Assembly (NCBI GenBank): GCA_050575255.1
Contig: JBNZDD010013604.1
Span: 910,641 to 974,640 of the forward strand
Length of the DNA: 64,000 bases
Origin: Harriotta raleighana
Taxonomy: Eukaryota
Direction: 5' to 3'
In this document: positions 24,800-37,790 of the stretch, one piece after another
Position numbering within the stretch: position 1 is the stretch's first letter
How the letters are laid out: every line of letters begins with the position of its first letter
Program-made: the position numbers and the translations under genes
The notes under the pieces: model-generated
What the model saw: the letters and a program-made list of their open reading frames with translations, nothing else
Databases searched by the model: none
Told to the model about the DNA's origin: nothing

Positions 24800-25060
24800 C
24801 TGTAACAGTTTCTGAATGTGGTTGCAGCCTTGAATAGAGTTGTTGGAATGTGCCAAGTAAAGTGTTAGAGGCAGAGTCTGTTGTGCGTTCAAGAGGGAAT
24901 TAGAAAAGTATACAGTATGAAGGATAGAGGCTTGAATGATATGGGGATAGGTGAAGCTGTGGGATTGAATGAACAGCGTGTTCTGAGAGCAGTCTCGATG
25001 GGCTGAATGTCCTCCTTCTGCATTATTAATTTCTAATGATCTCAAATTAATTTCTAATGA
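24800..25060 (+). mobile_element. CR1 LINE 3' end
   Basis: WNVPSKVLEAESV..FKRELEKY motif, then GATGGGCTGAATGTCCTCCTTCTG and a duplicated TTCTAATGA tail. Confidence 0.8.
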
Positions 25061-25062
25061 TC

Positions 25063-25445
25063 TTGAATTCAAGATCCTCATCCTCACTTTCAAGGCCATT
25101 CATAGCCTTGCACTCTCCGATTTCTACTGACTCCCACCTCCTCCCACCTGCTCCATGTACCCTGTCCAACAAGCCCTGCCATCGATTTCCAGGCTTTCAG
25201 CCTCTCTGCCCCCACACTTTAGAACCCCATCCACAGTCCCTTTCCCTCACTTCCTCCCTTGCCTCCTTCAAGGCCAGTCTCAAGACCCTCCTTTTTGATC
25301 GTGTGTTTTGCTGCCCTCCCAACTCTCTCCCTCCCCCCCACCGTGCCTCTCCCCTTGCTCGTGCCCCGACCTCTGATTGTTCAGCGCCTTGGGATGTCCT
25401 CCCAACGTGAAAGGTGGCTCTATAAATGTAATTTTGTGTTGTTGT
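25063..25445 (+). mobile_element. L2 LINE 3' end
   Basis: EFKILILTFKAIHSLA..QAFSLSAPTL..SLASFKASLKTLLFD, then the stem-loop tail and (TTG)n. Confidence 0.92.
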
Positions 25446-25479
25446 AATGATAAAGTATTTGAGGGTTACTTCAGAAATG

Positions 25480-25720
25480 TCTCCCTCCTGTATGCAATGT
25501 ATTTCCCCTTAAATGCAATGATATTTTCAACTTCAACCACAGCTCTGGCAGTCAGTTCCACATTCTCACTTTCTGTAAAGAAGTTCCTGTTAAACTGTTT
25601 TAGATTTAACATATGGATTATTTTGACCAGTGAGACAATTCAGGTTTTGTACAAAATTTAAATAAAGAATATAGCAGTTCCCCCTATCCCCATCATAAAA
25701 AAAATTCCTTGTTAATTCCA
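25480..25720 (-). mobile_element. CR1 3' fragment
   Basis: CTTCAACCACAGCTCTGGCAGTCAGTTCCACATTCTCACTTTCTGTAAAGAAGTTCC is the antisense CR1 C-terminus. Confidence 0.65.
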
Positions 25721-25902
25721 CTTAATTGTCTCTATCTACATTGATTGTTTTTCATCCCTTATGCTTGAGCTTGACATAAAGAATTGAACAGATAAAAAAT
25801 GTTCAAAGAAAATCCTTTTTTTTAGCATTATAGGCAGATGTCATCTAGGCTCATTTGGCACTTTACAGTAAAATCCTCTAAAACCCTTTGCGCCTTGTAT
25901 AT

Positions 25903-26102
25903 TCGCCCACAAATATACAGTCAATTTTTCCTACTCTCCTTCCCCCATACCTCCCCCCCGCTCTGATTCCTACTTCACTTTACAGCATCTAGGGACGTCC
26001 TCCTGACGTGAAAGACGCTATATAAATGTAATTTTGATTGATTGATTGAAGAATGTAATAAGATGCTATATGAAATGCAAGGGTTAGCTATTATTATTAT
26101 AA
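25903..26102 (+). mobile_element. SINE 3' fragment with a nested L2 3' end (about 25930-26048)
   Basis: TCGCCCACAAATATACAGTCAATT is followed by the L2 tail GGGACGTCCTCCTGACGTGAAAGACGCTATATAAATGTAATT(TTGA)n, then the SINE tail ATGCTATATGAAATGCAAGG..(ATT)n. Confidence 0.75.
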
Positions 26103-26117
26103 TCTATAACTTTAATG

Positions 26118-26260
26118 ACAGCAACAACTTGCATTTATGTAGCACCCTTCACATAGAGTAGCATCTCAGAACACTTAACAATGGCGGAGCATGATGCCGA
26201 GCCAGAAAGAGTGAGGAGATGACCGTAGGCATGGTTGAAGAGGAAAATCGACAGGAAAGG
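26118..26260 (-). mobile_element. Older L2 3' end
   Basis: AACAACTTGCATTTATGTAGCACC..GATGACCGTAGGCATGGTTGAAGAGG. Confidence 0.6.
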
Positions 26261-28655
26261 AGTGAATGCAAAGTGATTGAGGAATAACAGTACGGCATTG
26301 TATGGTAAAATTTGATTGTAGTCTCAGCCCTCCCAACATTTATTGTCCAACAGAGAATAAAATGTCTTCACCCACCAAGATCCGCAAATTTACTGCCTTA
26401 GAGAATTGTACCAATGGAGATTCCTACAAATGGAGCAGGCATAAGATGGAAGAATTGATCACTGAAAGTATTTTTGTACATTTGTAAATGTGCCTTTGAT
26501 GAGCTCAAAGGTGAGCATTCCTGTTCATGGAGGGTTCCTGTTATCAAACTGACTTTCAGAAGATCAATGTGCTGAATACAAATGCATTCATAAATCTTGC
26601 AGAAACAGGAACTTATAAAAGAGAGAGTTCTTTGACTGTCGATATTTAATAGGAGGAACCGCAAAATTATATAATTAAAAAATGTCCTTACATTTTGGGA
26701 TTGCTGGGAATGTACTGGGATTGCAAAAGAGACACATTTGCTGGAGAAGGTTCAGATCAAGGAGTACCTCTGGCCCATTTGACTTCATTCTTTCAAAATG
26801 CCTACCCTACCATCCACCCAAGTCAATCTGTTTGGAGATTACATGGCAGGAAATACTGCCACATACCAAATGGAAATGTTCCTTCATACTTTCAGCCATA
26901 TTAGTTCCCATATAAATTGCCAGGTTCACAGACCCACCCCCACCAGAGCATCAGGTGGTAAAGTAATTACTTAGTTTGAAGCAGCGAGGTTTAATTGCAG
27001 ACCTGTCAGGTTTAATTGCTGGTTTGGGTTGAGTTAGCTAATCTCAAACAGGATGATCTGATAGATGTGACTTCAACTAAGGTGTGGCCTTTAATGGTGT
27101 TTGGAGGAGAGGGGAAAGGTACTGTACCATCATTGGTAGTGCAGCTAAAATAAATCAGTTTGGGTTTCAAGAGCCAGGTTCTGAGTTGCATGTGATAAGA
27201 AATATAAAATTTTGGACAACAGATAGCTAATCTACCATTAATAAACAATTATACAAATAAATTTGCCTTACACATGTAGTGAATCAGGTTAGTAACAGTG
27301 TATGTGTCAAAATAAAATAGCTTGTCCAATCAGAATAATTGTAAAAAAGTAATAATGTGTCATTTAATACTAAGCACTCTGGATAAGCAGAACTCCTGTT
27401 CAGGCCATTATTGAATTTCACAGCTGACAACCGAATGGGAATTCCATATGCTATGAATTCTATCCATGAACACGTGAAATATACACTAAAACCTCAACTG
27501 GCCAGACCAAAGGGAGGGCGATCCGAGCAATGAGCTGAATTTCGGGTAACTATAGCTATTAATTCCGGTACCAGTATTTACTGGCTTTTTTCAGTGTTGA
27601 AAAATGCTGGTTCTGTCATTGTAAGTGTTTGAATCCCCTGAACAGAACATTACAAATAAACTGTCTTCTGCTTGTGAGATTCATGCTGACTCGAAGTTAG
27701 TATACCTGGTCACTGAATGCCTGCAAGGATGGTGAGGCGGGGGCACAGTAGGAGAGTGGGCTGATGGGATGTACCATAGAATTTCCTTTACTAGCTTAAC
27801 ACGGTGCAGGTTCTCTCTCACATAATGAATTCCTGATCTCAACCAGAATATCTGAAGGAAGGGAAGTTGAGGAAAATCCACACAAAATGCACTTGAGCAT
27901 ACATTACTGTGTCACTATCAGGTGCAGAGCGACATGGCAGTGGTTAGAGAACAATTCATTTAACTCCCTGTTAAGGTGTAGACATCACAGAGGATTCCAA
28001 ACCTGGAAGATAATTATCTTTTTAGTAAAAAGATTTTATATTAACTTCAGCAAATATAATTAGAATAAAAAATTGTGTTTTATTAAAAAAAAGTAATGCT
28101 GCATACCAATTCTACTGGCTAAATTTTGGTTAACACTGAGTATTAAGGTGAACGTTTAGGTGTAACCAGATGTAAATTAAGGGATTAATTTTATGGTATA
28201 TACATTATGTGTGTAAATTGTGAATCTATATACAGTACTTAAATACAGTTGACTAATATTACATGTTCAACATAAGTTTAAAGATATTATTAGATTAGTG
28301 AATTTCACACTATTTAAAAATCATTCCACTCTGCTTTGATAGTAAATTAATTGATCAGTTATACACTCACTTCTGAACAGGACGTTTCGTATGTTTTGTC
28401 ACCATGATCTTTTATATAATAATGCAATTTTTAAGTATTAACCTAACAATGAACATGTAACACTTATTACTTTAAAATTGCATTAGGGTTATTCATAAGG
28501 CTATATAAAATGCGTTATACGGAATATATAAAAAGAGCAGTAGAGAACAGCAATTAGCTTCCATCAAATTAAAATATTAAGAGCACACAGACCAGAATAA
28601 CCACTGTGTGTTTCCCTTAATTTTAAATGAGAACATTGTAATCACAGATAATATG

Positions 28656-29020
28656 CAGTAAAACCTCGTTCATCCATTACCCAATCAACCGTAACCCGAT
28701 TCCCCATGCCAGAATCGCGAGTTTTCTTACTTTGTGCATGCATGCAATGTGCGCACGTGCACTTAATATACTTATGCACTTGGGTTTTTTACCGATTGGT
28801 AAAAAATGATGTTTTACCGATTGTTTCTTGACTGTGCTGGAATGCTTTATTGGTAAGTATCCACACAATATTCTGTTACTATGTAGTCTATTATTAACCT
28901 GGTATGTTTTAAAATAAGTTAATTTTTTATGTTGGGTTTTCGGCGACTTGTCCCCCATTTATACGGAAGAGTCAATTAGTCGACCCACCCCTAGAGTGCC
29001 GGATAAACAAGGTTTTACTG
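28656..29020. mobile_element. Non-autonomous Tc1/mariner (Tigger/pogo-like) DNA element (MITE)
   Basis: Terminal inverted repeats CAGTAAAACCTCGTTCATCC and GGATAAACAAGGTTTTACTG match at 18 of 20 positions. No ORF. Both flanks read TG rather than the canonical TA. Confidence 0.8.
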
Positions 29021-29674
29021 TGTTTGGAAGAACCTCGAGGTTATTATTTATTAGATTTGAATTTTCTTATATTAAATATTCCTGATTACACACCCATATA
29101 TATTTCTCTATGCAAAGCAGTACCTTAAAAAATGTAAAATGTCCATTTCAGAAAGTACCTGCATATCCAAAAAGAATATATCCAAATACTATATTCAGTG
29201 GAACTTTCTTTGTTGCAAAAAAAGTGTTTCTTTCTTAAGAAACTTAATTTAACCCATAGGAGATGAGCATATTCGTACCTCAGTGAAATGTTTCTGAATG
29301 GTTTAATTTTGAACTGCAATCTCCTGAAACTGAAAGCATTGAAACTTTATGTGCAAATGTTGTGGTTGTCCCTAGTGAATGAAAGCGTAAAAATCTTTGA
29401 TAGCATTTCAATAATAGCATCAGCCTGGCAGATATATTAACTTAATTCCTTCAGCAGTCATTACCTAGGCCAATAGAAACATATGGAAATGTTAGCCAAT
29501 ATGAGCAAATTCTGCGGAAATTTGCGGGAAATTTCTGTCACATTAGCAGAAAATAACGGGGAGTTGATTGATGCTGTTGAGGTACACTTTACTGCCATCC
29601 TACATATTTTCATTTTATTGATAAAATGTAAACACAGGGAAATACAACAATAAATTGTTGCAAAAAAATTACTA

Positions 29675-30060
29675 CAAGAACAACAACAAAATTATATTTA
29701 TAGAGCATTTTTCACGTCGAGAGGACGTCCCAAGGCATTGAACAGTCAGGGGGATGAGAGAAGGGAGCTAGGTAAGTGGGTGACTGAAGGCACAGTCAAA
29801 GAGGAGGATCTTGAGACCAGCCTTGAAGGAGGCAGGGAGGAAACGATTTGAAGGGATTGTGGGATGGTGTTCCAAAGTGTTGGGGCAGAGAGGCTGAAGG
29901 GCTAGCCGCTGACGGATGGGCAAGTTGGGCGTGAGACATCAAGCAGGAGCCTGTTGAACGGAGGGAGCGGACAGGTTATTAGAGGGTCAGCAAGTCAGAG
30001 AGTTAGGAGGGGACAAGATCATGGATGGCCTTGAAAGTGAGGACGAGAATTTTGAATTTG
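29675..30060 (-). mobile_element. L2 LINE 3' end
   Basis: Antisense KFKILVLTFKAIHDL..PFSLSAPTLWNTIP..SFKAGLKILLFD, plus tail and (CAA)n. Confidence 0.92.
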
Positions 30061-30177
30061 AATAGTAATTGCATCTTTAACAAAAACTCGATAGCCCATT
30101 TTTATTTTGGGGTAGTGGTGGGGGGGCACCAGCTAGGCTACAGGAGCTCACTACCTCCTGCCTCCCAGGATACGTTC

Positions 30178-30562
30178 CCACACACAGAGATGAAGACAGA
30201 GACCTAGAGAGAGAGACAGGGAGACAAACACACAGACACAGGGAGACACATGTACACGCAGAGACACCGAAAAAGACACGCACACTCAGACACCAGGGAG
30301 ACATACACACTCAGAGACAAACAAAGACAGGAGAGAGAGAGACACAGATACACTCACAACATATATACAGAGAGAGATAAACAAACACATTCACAAACAT
30401 ACACATTCACATAGACACTCACAAACACAGAGACGCACAGACATTCATAAACACTTAAGAGAGGCAAACACATACACTCACAAACACACCAGAGTCACTT
30501 ACAAACACATGGAGAGAAACACACAAATTCACATAGACACATTCACAAACACAAACACAACA
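30178..30562. repeat. (CA)n/(GA)n-rich low-complexity tract
   Basis: Degenerate ACAC/AGAG/ACAAAC units across about 385 bp. Confidence 0.9.
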
Positions 30563-32299
30563 GCGGTGGTTCTGAGCAAAGCATATTTCCCACCGCGTAT
30601 GTGTGTCTGGAGCCGCACCGCCCACAGTGACATTGGGTAAACAGCCGACAAACTCCATTTATTGCAGGTTTGTAGCGGTTTCTGCTGGAAAAGTGCAGTC
30701 GCACGTTTCTATTGGCCCAGGTTATTATCTATCTCAGCTAACAAAACATCATGTGGAGTTACTTATTCATGAATCTTTGGCTTTTATTCATTAACATGTT
30801 TCAAATGTTCATCTTAAAAGAGAAAGTCCCACCTTAAAATATAAATGATTTTAGAGCATTCATATAAACATGTTGCACTGAGGTTAATATTTGTTTTATA
30901 CATGAGGTTTTCCTAGATAGATTTGTTTGTACTCATTTTCGAATCAAGGGTATTGCTAGACTTCAAACCAAACTAGTTTAGTGTGTCCCTTGTTTAAGGT
31001 TATGAACAGGCACTGATCTCATTCTGTTTCATATGTTGCTTCCTTTTCATGATGAGCTAGGGAATAAGTTCAATAAATAAATGACATAACAGTTCATGTC
31101 CCCATAGCTATGTGTTTACTTTTAAGCAAATATGTCCTCCTGATGTAACACGAACAAGGCAATGAATTTGAAACAAATTGTTAACAGTGTAGGTCATGTA
31201 ACATTAATTCTTCAGATCCTATATTGCAAAATAAAATTACCCCATGTTATAAGGCACTATATTAATTTTCAAATTGAATGACAATATTAGGCGTGTTTAA
31301 TATAAGAAAGATAATTTAAATTCAAATGGAAACCCTTCTGTAAATGAGAATGGACATCTCAGTATTTGAGGGGTTCAGACGGAAAACAAACTGAACGCAA
31401 ATATATGATGTCATTTGAACCCCCTTGACTGGATTAGCCGCCTTTCAATTCACTGAGGGACCCATTGTTCGCTGCATACTCAAAGAAGCCCAGCCCTTTG
31501 GTGTGAGAGAAGCTGCATTTTTATTTTTACTTGGATGAACATTTCTGTAACTTGCCCGTAGCCCCAAAGATAAAAGGGACGATACTGAAATCAGAATGGT
31601 GGTTACCAGGCATCATTTGATTCATTACTGATGGGAGATTTTGCACACAGAGAATGATGTACATTAGCTGAGTGAACTGCACTTACTGGTTGCTAGGAAA
31701 TGCTTTACAAAAGGTGATGGTCTTATTACAGTATTACTGTCATGTTCTGTGATCAGCTTTAGCTTAAAAAACAACTTGAAGGTTCAAAGGAAAGTTGAAT
31801 TAGTATTTGTAATAAAATGTTTTAACTGTAATAAAGGGGATGGTGTGGAGGGTTCTGTGGAATATATAAAGTATATGAAGAAAATGTAATATTTATCTTT
31901 ATTATTGATTATTTTTGAACCACACGTGTTTCTTTATATTTTTTACCTTTTACAACTATGACAGTTCATTTCTGCTAAGGAGCAAAGGTGGCTCAACCCA
32001 GCACTACATCTATTGCTAATCCATTGCTACAGGAAGGGTGAGAAATGCCAGGATATAGATGAATCTAGTACAGATTGGAAACAGATCCTGTGATTCAGTC
32101 TATGTAGTTCATTTGTTTAAAAAAGAATCTGAACACCATAATTATGGTATTTGGAAAAACATATCTTTTATCGCTTTGACTTCCTTCCTTGAAGTAAATT
32201 GACTCCAGAGGCCACCAAATATGCAAAAACTATTTTTAATGAGCAACAGAGCACACTTGAAATGTCATACTTGAACAACAACTGGTCAGAATTGCATTA

Positions 32300-32470
32300 T
32301 GGAGTTTAAAGATTTTCTACAATTTTGTATCAATTATCAGGGCAATTTTGTAAATATTTGTCCCATTTCACATTGGGATAAAATCCATGATTGGACAAGT
32401 TGTACTTAACCTGCAGAATGAGGAGATTTGTTGGACTAAATGGCCTTCCTTCCATGCATTTATGTTCTTA
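32300..32470 (+). mobile_element. CR1 3' end
   Basis: TTGGACTAAATGGCCTTCC..TTTATGTTCTTA terminal motif. Confidence 0.55.
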
Positions 32471-34049
32471 AATTTACATTCATATGTCGTGTCTATTCAA
32501 AGGAACTCACTATCTAGAGAAATGTATTCTAAACTGCTTGAGAATAATTATACCACCCTAAATATGAAAGAAGACAATGTTTTGAATTTTTAAAAAAAAT
32601 AATGATTCATATTAAAATACTGTTGTTTCAGGCTTTTATGTTCAGTGAATATTACTTCAGTATTTTACAGTACTCGTAGGTTTTTTTAGCCTGGATGTGA
32701 CTTGATTGTGGAGACTTAGTTGTTTCTTTCGGGGGAAATAGTTTAGTTTTCCATGCATAGTTTTAAACACAGTCAAGTTTGAAATTGTATATACTGCATG
32801 ACAGGTGGAGCTAGTTTTCTTTTCCATATGAAATAAAAGAAAAGGGATGGAAACACATCACAGAATATTAAGTATGCTACTTTATTCAACATGATTTTAT
32901 TATTTAACAAGTGACATAAATCACATTGTGTTAAAGAAACTACTAACACACCAACTTTGTTGTAACTAAATGATCATAATTTATGCATAATTAAATTTCT
33001 TAATCAACTGCTAATCACTTACCAATTCATCAAAATTGTTATATTTTCAAATACAGTATATACATTCCCAGTTGTCTGAGTTTGCTTAGGCACACTATCG
33101 AAAAATAACTCAAATTAAGCAGCCCAGTGAACAGTATGTGCTATAAACATCAACAGATATCCTTATTGGTTTGAATATAACAAATTAATGAAGAAGCATA
33201 TAAACAGTTACAGTATAAACTACTCTCTCTTATTCTATCATCATCCGATCCTCTGGATTATAGTTATACCCTAGAATTCCTCCCAGGTATTCAATCTGCT
33301 CTATAAATTATTGGGTTTAAATACAATTGGATGGAATTTCATTTGTAGGGATGTACTTCTGCAAATACAAGTAGAGTACCAAATTCTCTTGTCATGTACT
33401 CCTCAGTCTCTCCCAAAGTTATTTTCAACATTGATTTATGGGTTGCAGGATTGACTTTCCCATCCAAACACAATCCTATCCTAAAATTGAAGTAAAATCT
33501 AGATACTCAAATATATTGTGACCTGTGAATAGCAAAAATGGGAATTGTCAGCATGTGCTGTTGATGAATAAAAGTGTAGATATAAAAGAAAAGCTTATTC
33601 AAGTTATTGAACTGTATTATTCTCCACTTGTCAATAGATTTGCTTGTTTTAGCGGTAAGCACTTACAATGGGATTTGGGGGGTTGGAGGAGAGTAACCCT
33701 AATGATCTTCACTCAATTCTTCAACCTATTTTGATTTTACCGCTAACTCCACTCATCCACTTAATTAAACAGATAACTAAGCTCACCATAGTGTAAGACT
33801 ACTTTGAGTATGCCCCTTATCCTTTAATTAGTGAACAACTTTGTCCAGTGTTGTTGATACAGTCTAAATGGCTCAGACTTTGTGAAGACTATCTTATGTT
33901 TGTGTTATTTGCAGCAAATTCCTAAAACTTTAAATTTGTCATCATTGTGATGCTGTTAAATTTTTTTGTGAAAAATGTTCAAATCAAACTTATGACAAGT
34001 AAATGGGTATTTAGTGTCATATAGGAGTAACCTCGATTACCAGTGCATA

Positions 34050-34190
34050 ACTGCTGTGCGCAATTGGCTGCCGCGTTTTGCCCACAAATATACAGTCAAT
34101 TCACTTTACCTTTTATTCTGTGAAGCGCTTTGAGATGTCTAAAAATCATGAAAAACGCTATTACAAATGCAAGGATTATTATTATTATTA
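34050..34190 (+). mobile_element. tRNA-SINE 3' half
   Basis: CTGCTGTGCGCAATTGGCTGCCGC..AGCGCTTTGAGA..AAATGCAAGG(ATT)n. Confidence 0.9.
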
Positions 34191-36194
34191 GATTAACTAT
34201 ATCACAATATAAATTTATAGCAACATAGTAAAGTGATTCAGTTTATAATGTATTCCCTCAGCTTCTTGGGAACCACTCTAAATTTGGACTCTGGACAGAA
34301 TTTAAGGTTAATCCAGATATTTGCTTCTCATTTTCTTCAATTGTTCTCTTTTCGCCTCTTCACTCATAAAACCTTTTCGTATAACATTTAGGTAGGCTTC
34401 CATGGATGTTCACAATCCTTCAAAACAAATACAGATTATTTTACAGAAACCTGATGACAGAGCCTATCCCCACAATGAGCAGGCATCAAAATTGTTCTTG
34501 GACCTGGATTCCTCCAGTGTGCTACTGGAGGGATAACATTACAAGTTCAGCAGCAGCTAGTGGTTGAGTTAAACTTGGTCCTGAAAGTGCAGGGCTGGGA
34601 TGGATGGTGCTGCCATTGAATCTAATGAGAGCAGCCTGTGTATATGTCACAAAAGTGCCTTTTGTTGGTTTGGCAGTAATGGTGAGGAAATTCATCTTCT
34701 GTGAAGGGGAAAATTAAAATAGAAACTATACAGTCTTTATGGGTGGAGTATTTTGGATTGGAAATAGTTTTTCTCCAAACTACCAATTTTCTTTAACTGA
34801 GCATAAGATTGATAACGGTATTCAACCTACCTCAAAAAGGCATGTTTTCTAACCATTTCTCTCCTTCCTAACCCAAATTTGCATCCCTATAACCCCTCAG
34901 AAATCTGTTCAGTTAGCATTATTATCTTTGAACTATGTTTTCTTTACTTCACTTGATGACAATCTATTCGAAAGCTCAACAATTCAAGGCTTATAGCCTT
35001 GAAGTTATCCTTGAATTCGGTACTTTTTTCCAAAAAAAATCATCTTTGGTTCATCTGTGCTAGTTTAGCATAAAATGTTACATAGGGAACATTGTCATTA
35101 TTTTAAAATTCCTTTTTCCTATCAGTCAGCTCATTAGCCTGTCTGTTATCCCGGGGCTTTGGGTGTACATGGATACATTTACATTTGTTACAGCAATGAT
35201 AAACCCTTTTTAGTTCTACGAACACATTACAGTATATTTTCCACTATCAATTACATGAGTTTTATATTAAGTGCTGAATGTTACAAATACCGATTTACAT
35301 TGTATTATTTTAACTGGATACAACTCATGCTGATACTGTAGTCTGTTCATGATGCTGTTGTTTTTCTTTTTGAGTTTCTTTTTACACTAGCTGAAAAACT
35401 GTTACTTCATTAATTTATCAACAGATATAGTTCTAGCTACAAGGAAAATAAAATCTCGTGAAGTGCTGTAACTACATTTGCAAAAAAAGCAGTTGTAAGC
35501 AACTTGGAGTTAATTATGCAATACATGTGTTTAGCATTGGGGCTGCTTTGGTTGCAAGAACATGACCCATTTTTGATTGGTAAACTTGGCAAATTTTATT
35601 GTATATACGGTAGCATTCTGACTTTTTAAGTAGTATATTTAGAACTTAGCAATAAGATACTGTTTGTGTTTGATATTTTCAGTGTGAAGTTAGTTGCATG
35701 TGCCCAGTGCAGCGTTTTGAAAATTGTTATGAGATGATGGGAAAAGCAATGAATAAATTATCATACATTTTTAAGGTCACATCGTAACTGAGGCTGATAC
35801 GGTTTATTTGAAAAGAACAGTTGCATTTTTTTGATCAGAGAAATTATGTATAAAGCTTCTCTACCGTTTCATTGTTGCAGAGATGATGTTGTTATGCTGG
35901 GTGCAGATTTATAGTGCTTTCACAATGGAACGTTGATACACGAAACACAGCGTATTTCTGAATCAATCAGTGCGTATCAAGCCTTGATTCAAATTCTGAT
36001 TGGTCAAGTGTTTATTTTAGTAAAATGGCAGTGGTTGCGTTTAGAATCAGATTGCTATCATTCTATGTAAATCATCTTACAATTTTAAGATTTGGGGTTG
36101 GATCTAGCTTATTTTGTGTTGTGTAAACTATGTTAATGTATTTGTCATATAGTTATTGTCTGAAAATATTTTTGTATATTGTATGGCATTGCAG

Positions 36195-36414
36195 TAATAA
36201 TAATTTTGCAGTGGATGAAGCACTTTTCACGTCTTCTAGATGTCTCAAAGCATTTCGTAGAATACACTGTAAAGTGAATTGACTGTATATTTTGTGGATG
36301 AAATGCGGCAGCCAATTGCGCACAGCAGTGTCCCACAAAAAGTGTCGTGGATTGAAGTGACTCAATTTTTATTATTATTATTTTTTCTTGAGGGATTATT
36401 ATCAGGCTTGTGGA
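36195..36414 (-). mobile_element. tRNA-SINE lacking its head (left arm of palindrome)
   Basis: Antisense copy running from the (TAA)n tail to AGGCTTGTGGA. Confidence 0.92.
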
Positions 36415-36427
36415 TTACTCCACACTC

Positions 36428-36636
36428 TACTCCACATGCCTAATAATAATCCTTTAAAAAAAATTGGTCATTACAATCCACGATTGTTTGTGGGACGCTG
36501 CTGTGTGCAATTGGCTGTCGCATTTCACCCAGATATCTACAGTCAATTCACTTTACAGTATATTCTGTGAAGCGCTTTGAGACGTCTAGAAGATGTGAAA
36601 AGCATTATATCAAATGCTAAGATTATTATTTATTAT
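36428..36636 (+). mobile_element. tRNA-SINE lacking its head (right arm of palindrome)
   Basis: Runs from TACTCCACATGCCTAATAATAATCC to GATTATTATT. Confidence 0.92.
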
Positions 36637-37397
36637 AACTGAATATTTAGAAATAATATAATATCAAATCATATAATATTAAATTATAGGAAACAGTGGA
36701 TCAATATGAACTGTAGAGGTGATTCTCTGCTGATCAGTACATTTACCAATCTTGGATTTGCATTATATATTCATTTCTCCAAGATAAGAATATATATTGA
36801 CTGGTTGAAATGAGGTACTTGTTCCTGCATCCATTTTCCTGGTCAGTAAATTTGCTGATAAGCAAACAGTCATCCATAATTATTCAATTACACTTCACAT
36901 AACAAAAGTAAACACATATCAGATCATTTACTCTTTATTAAAGAAAAAATATCAGAATGTTTCAGGCTGTTGTTGACAGAACAATTAACATTTTTAAAAT
37001 ACAAACATTACATTTTAATGTCTAATGGGTTTTAAATACGTCTTAATATTATGCCATGTAGTTTCAATACACTGTCTTTGTATCATGTGGCTATGTAATC
37101 AATTGTAAGTGACACAAGAAACATCTGAAACAGCATAACTGAAAGGCAAAAATAATAAGGTCACTTCAGTCTATTTAAAGGATTATCTCTGATAAAATCA
37201 TTACCTGTGAAGATTAACTTTCTAAATACTGTGAGCTCTAATTTTGATATAGCTATGCCATTGATAAAATTGCTTTCGTCTGAAGATCAACATATTGTTT
37301 GCCCACGTTAATTTTATTCATATAATTGATGCCTTTTGGCTCTAACCACTGAACGCATGATACCTTAACCATGGAATTAAACCAGCTTTCAACGATG

Positions 37398-37790
37398 GGT
37401 GACAGTTTGGCTCAGTGAGTAGCATTTGCCCCTGAGCTAGAAGGGTAAGAGCTCATCATCTCGCCTGACACGCCAATGCAGTGCTGAGGGTAGTGCTGGA
37501 TTGTCATAGGTTGCCATCCTTTAGATGAGATGTTAAACCAAATACCTATCTGATTGTTCAACAACAATCAAAGCACCTTCTGATGTAGGACGTTCTCCCG
37601 ACGTGAAAGGTGCTCTATAAATGCAATTTTGTTGTTTTGCTGTTGTAAAGATCTCTTGGCTTTATTCAAAAAGAGAAGGAGGTTTCTCCCATTGTCCTGG
37701 CCAACCGCTCCCAAATAAAAATAATCATGGCTGTTTTCAGGGCATTGAGATGAGCAAATTGGCTGTTGTTTTCACAGTAAATATGGAGTT
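37398..37790 (+). mobile_element. Deu-domain SINE hosting two nested insertions; tail remnant at about 38090-38135
   Basis: TGGCTCAGTGAGTAGC head, TGCAGTGCTGAGGG..TGCCATCCTTTAGATGAGATGTTAAACC..TAAAGATC..TGTCCTGGCCAA Deu core, then CAAATTGGCTG. Confidence 0.85.
37572..37645 (+). mobile_element. L2 tail-only stub nested in the Deu-SINE
   Basis: GGACGTTCTCCCGACGTGAAAGGTGCTCTATAAATGCAATTTTGTTG. Confidence 0.85.

Noticed and set aside
26682-26915. FGIAGNVLG..HI resembling a Harbinger transposase motif
   Set aside because: The catalytic DG/DC residues are absent and no further motifs follow.
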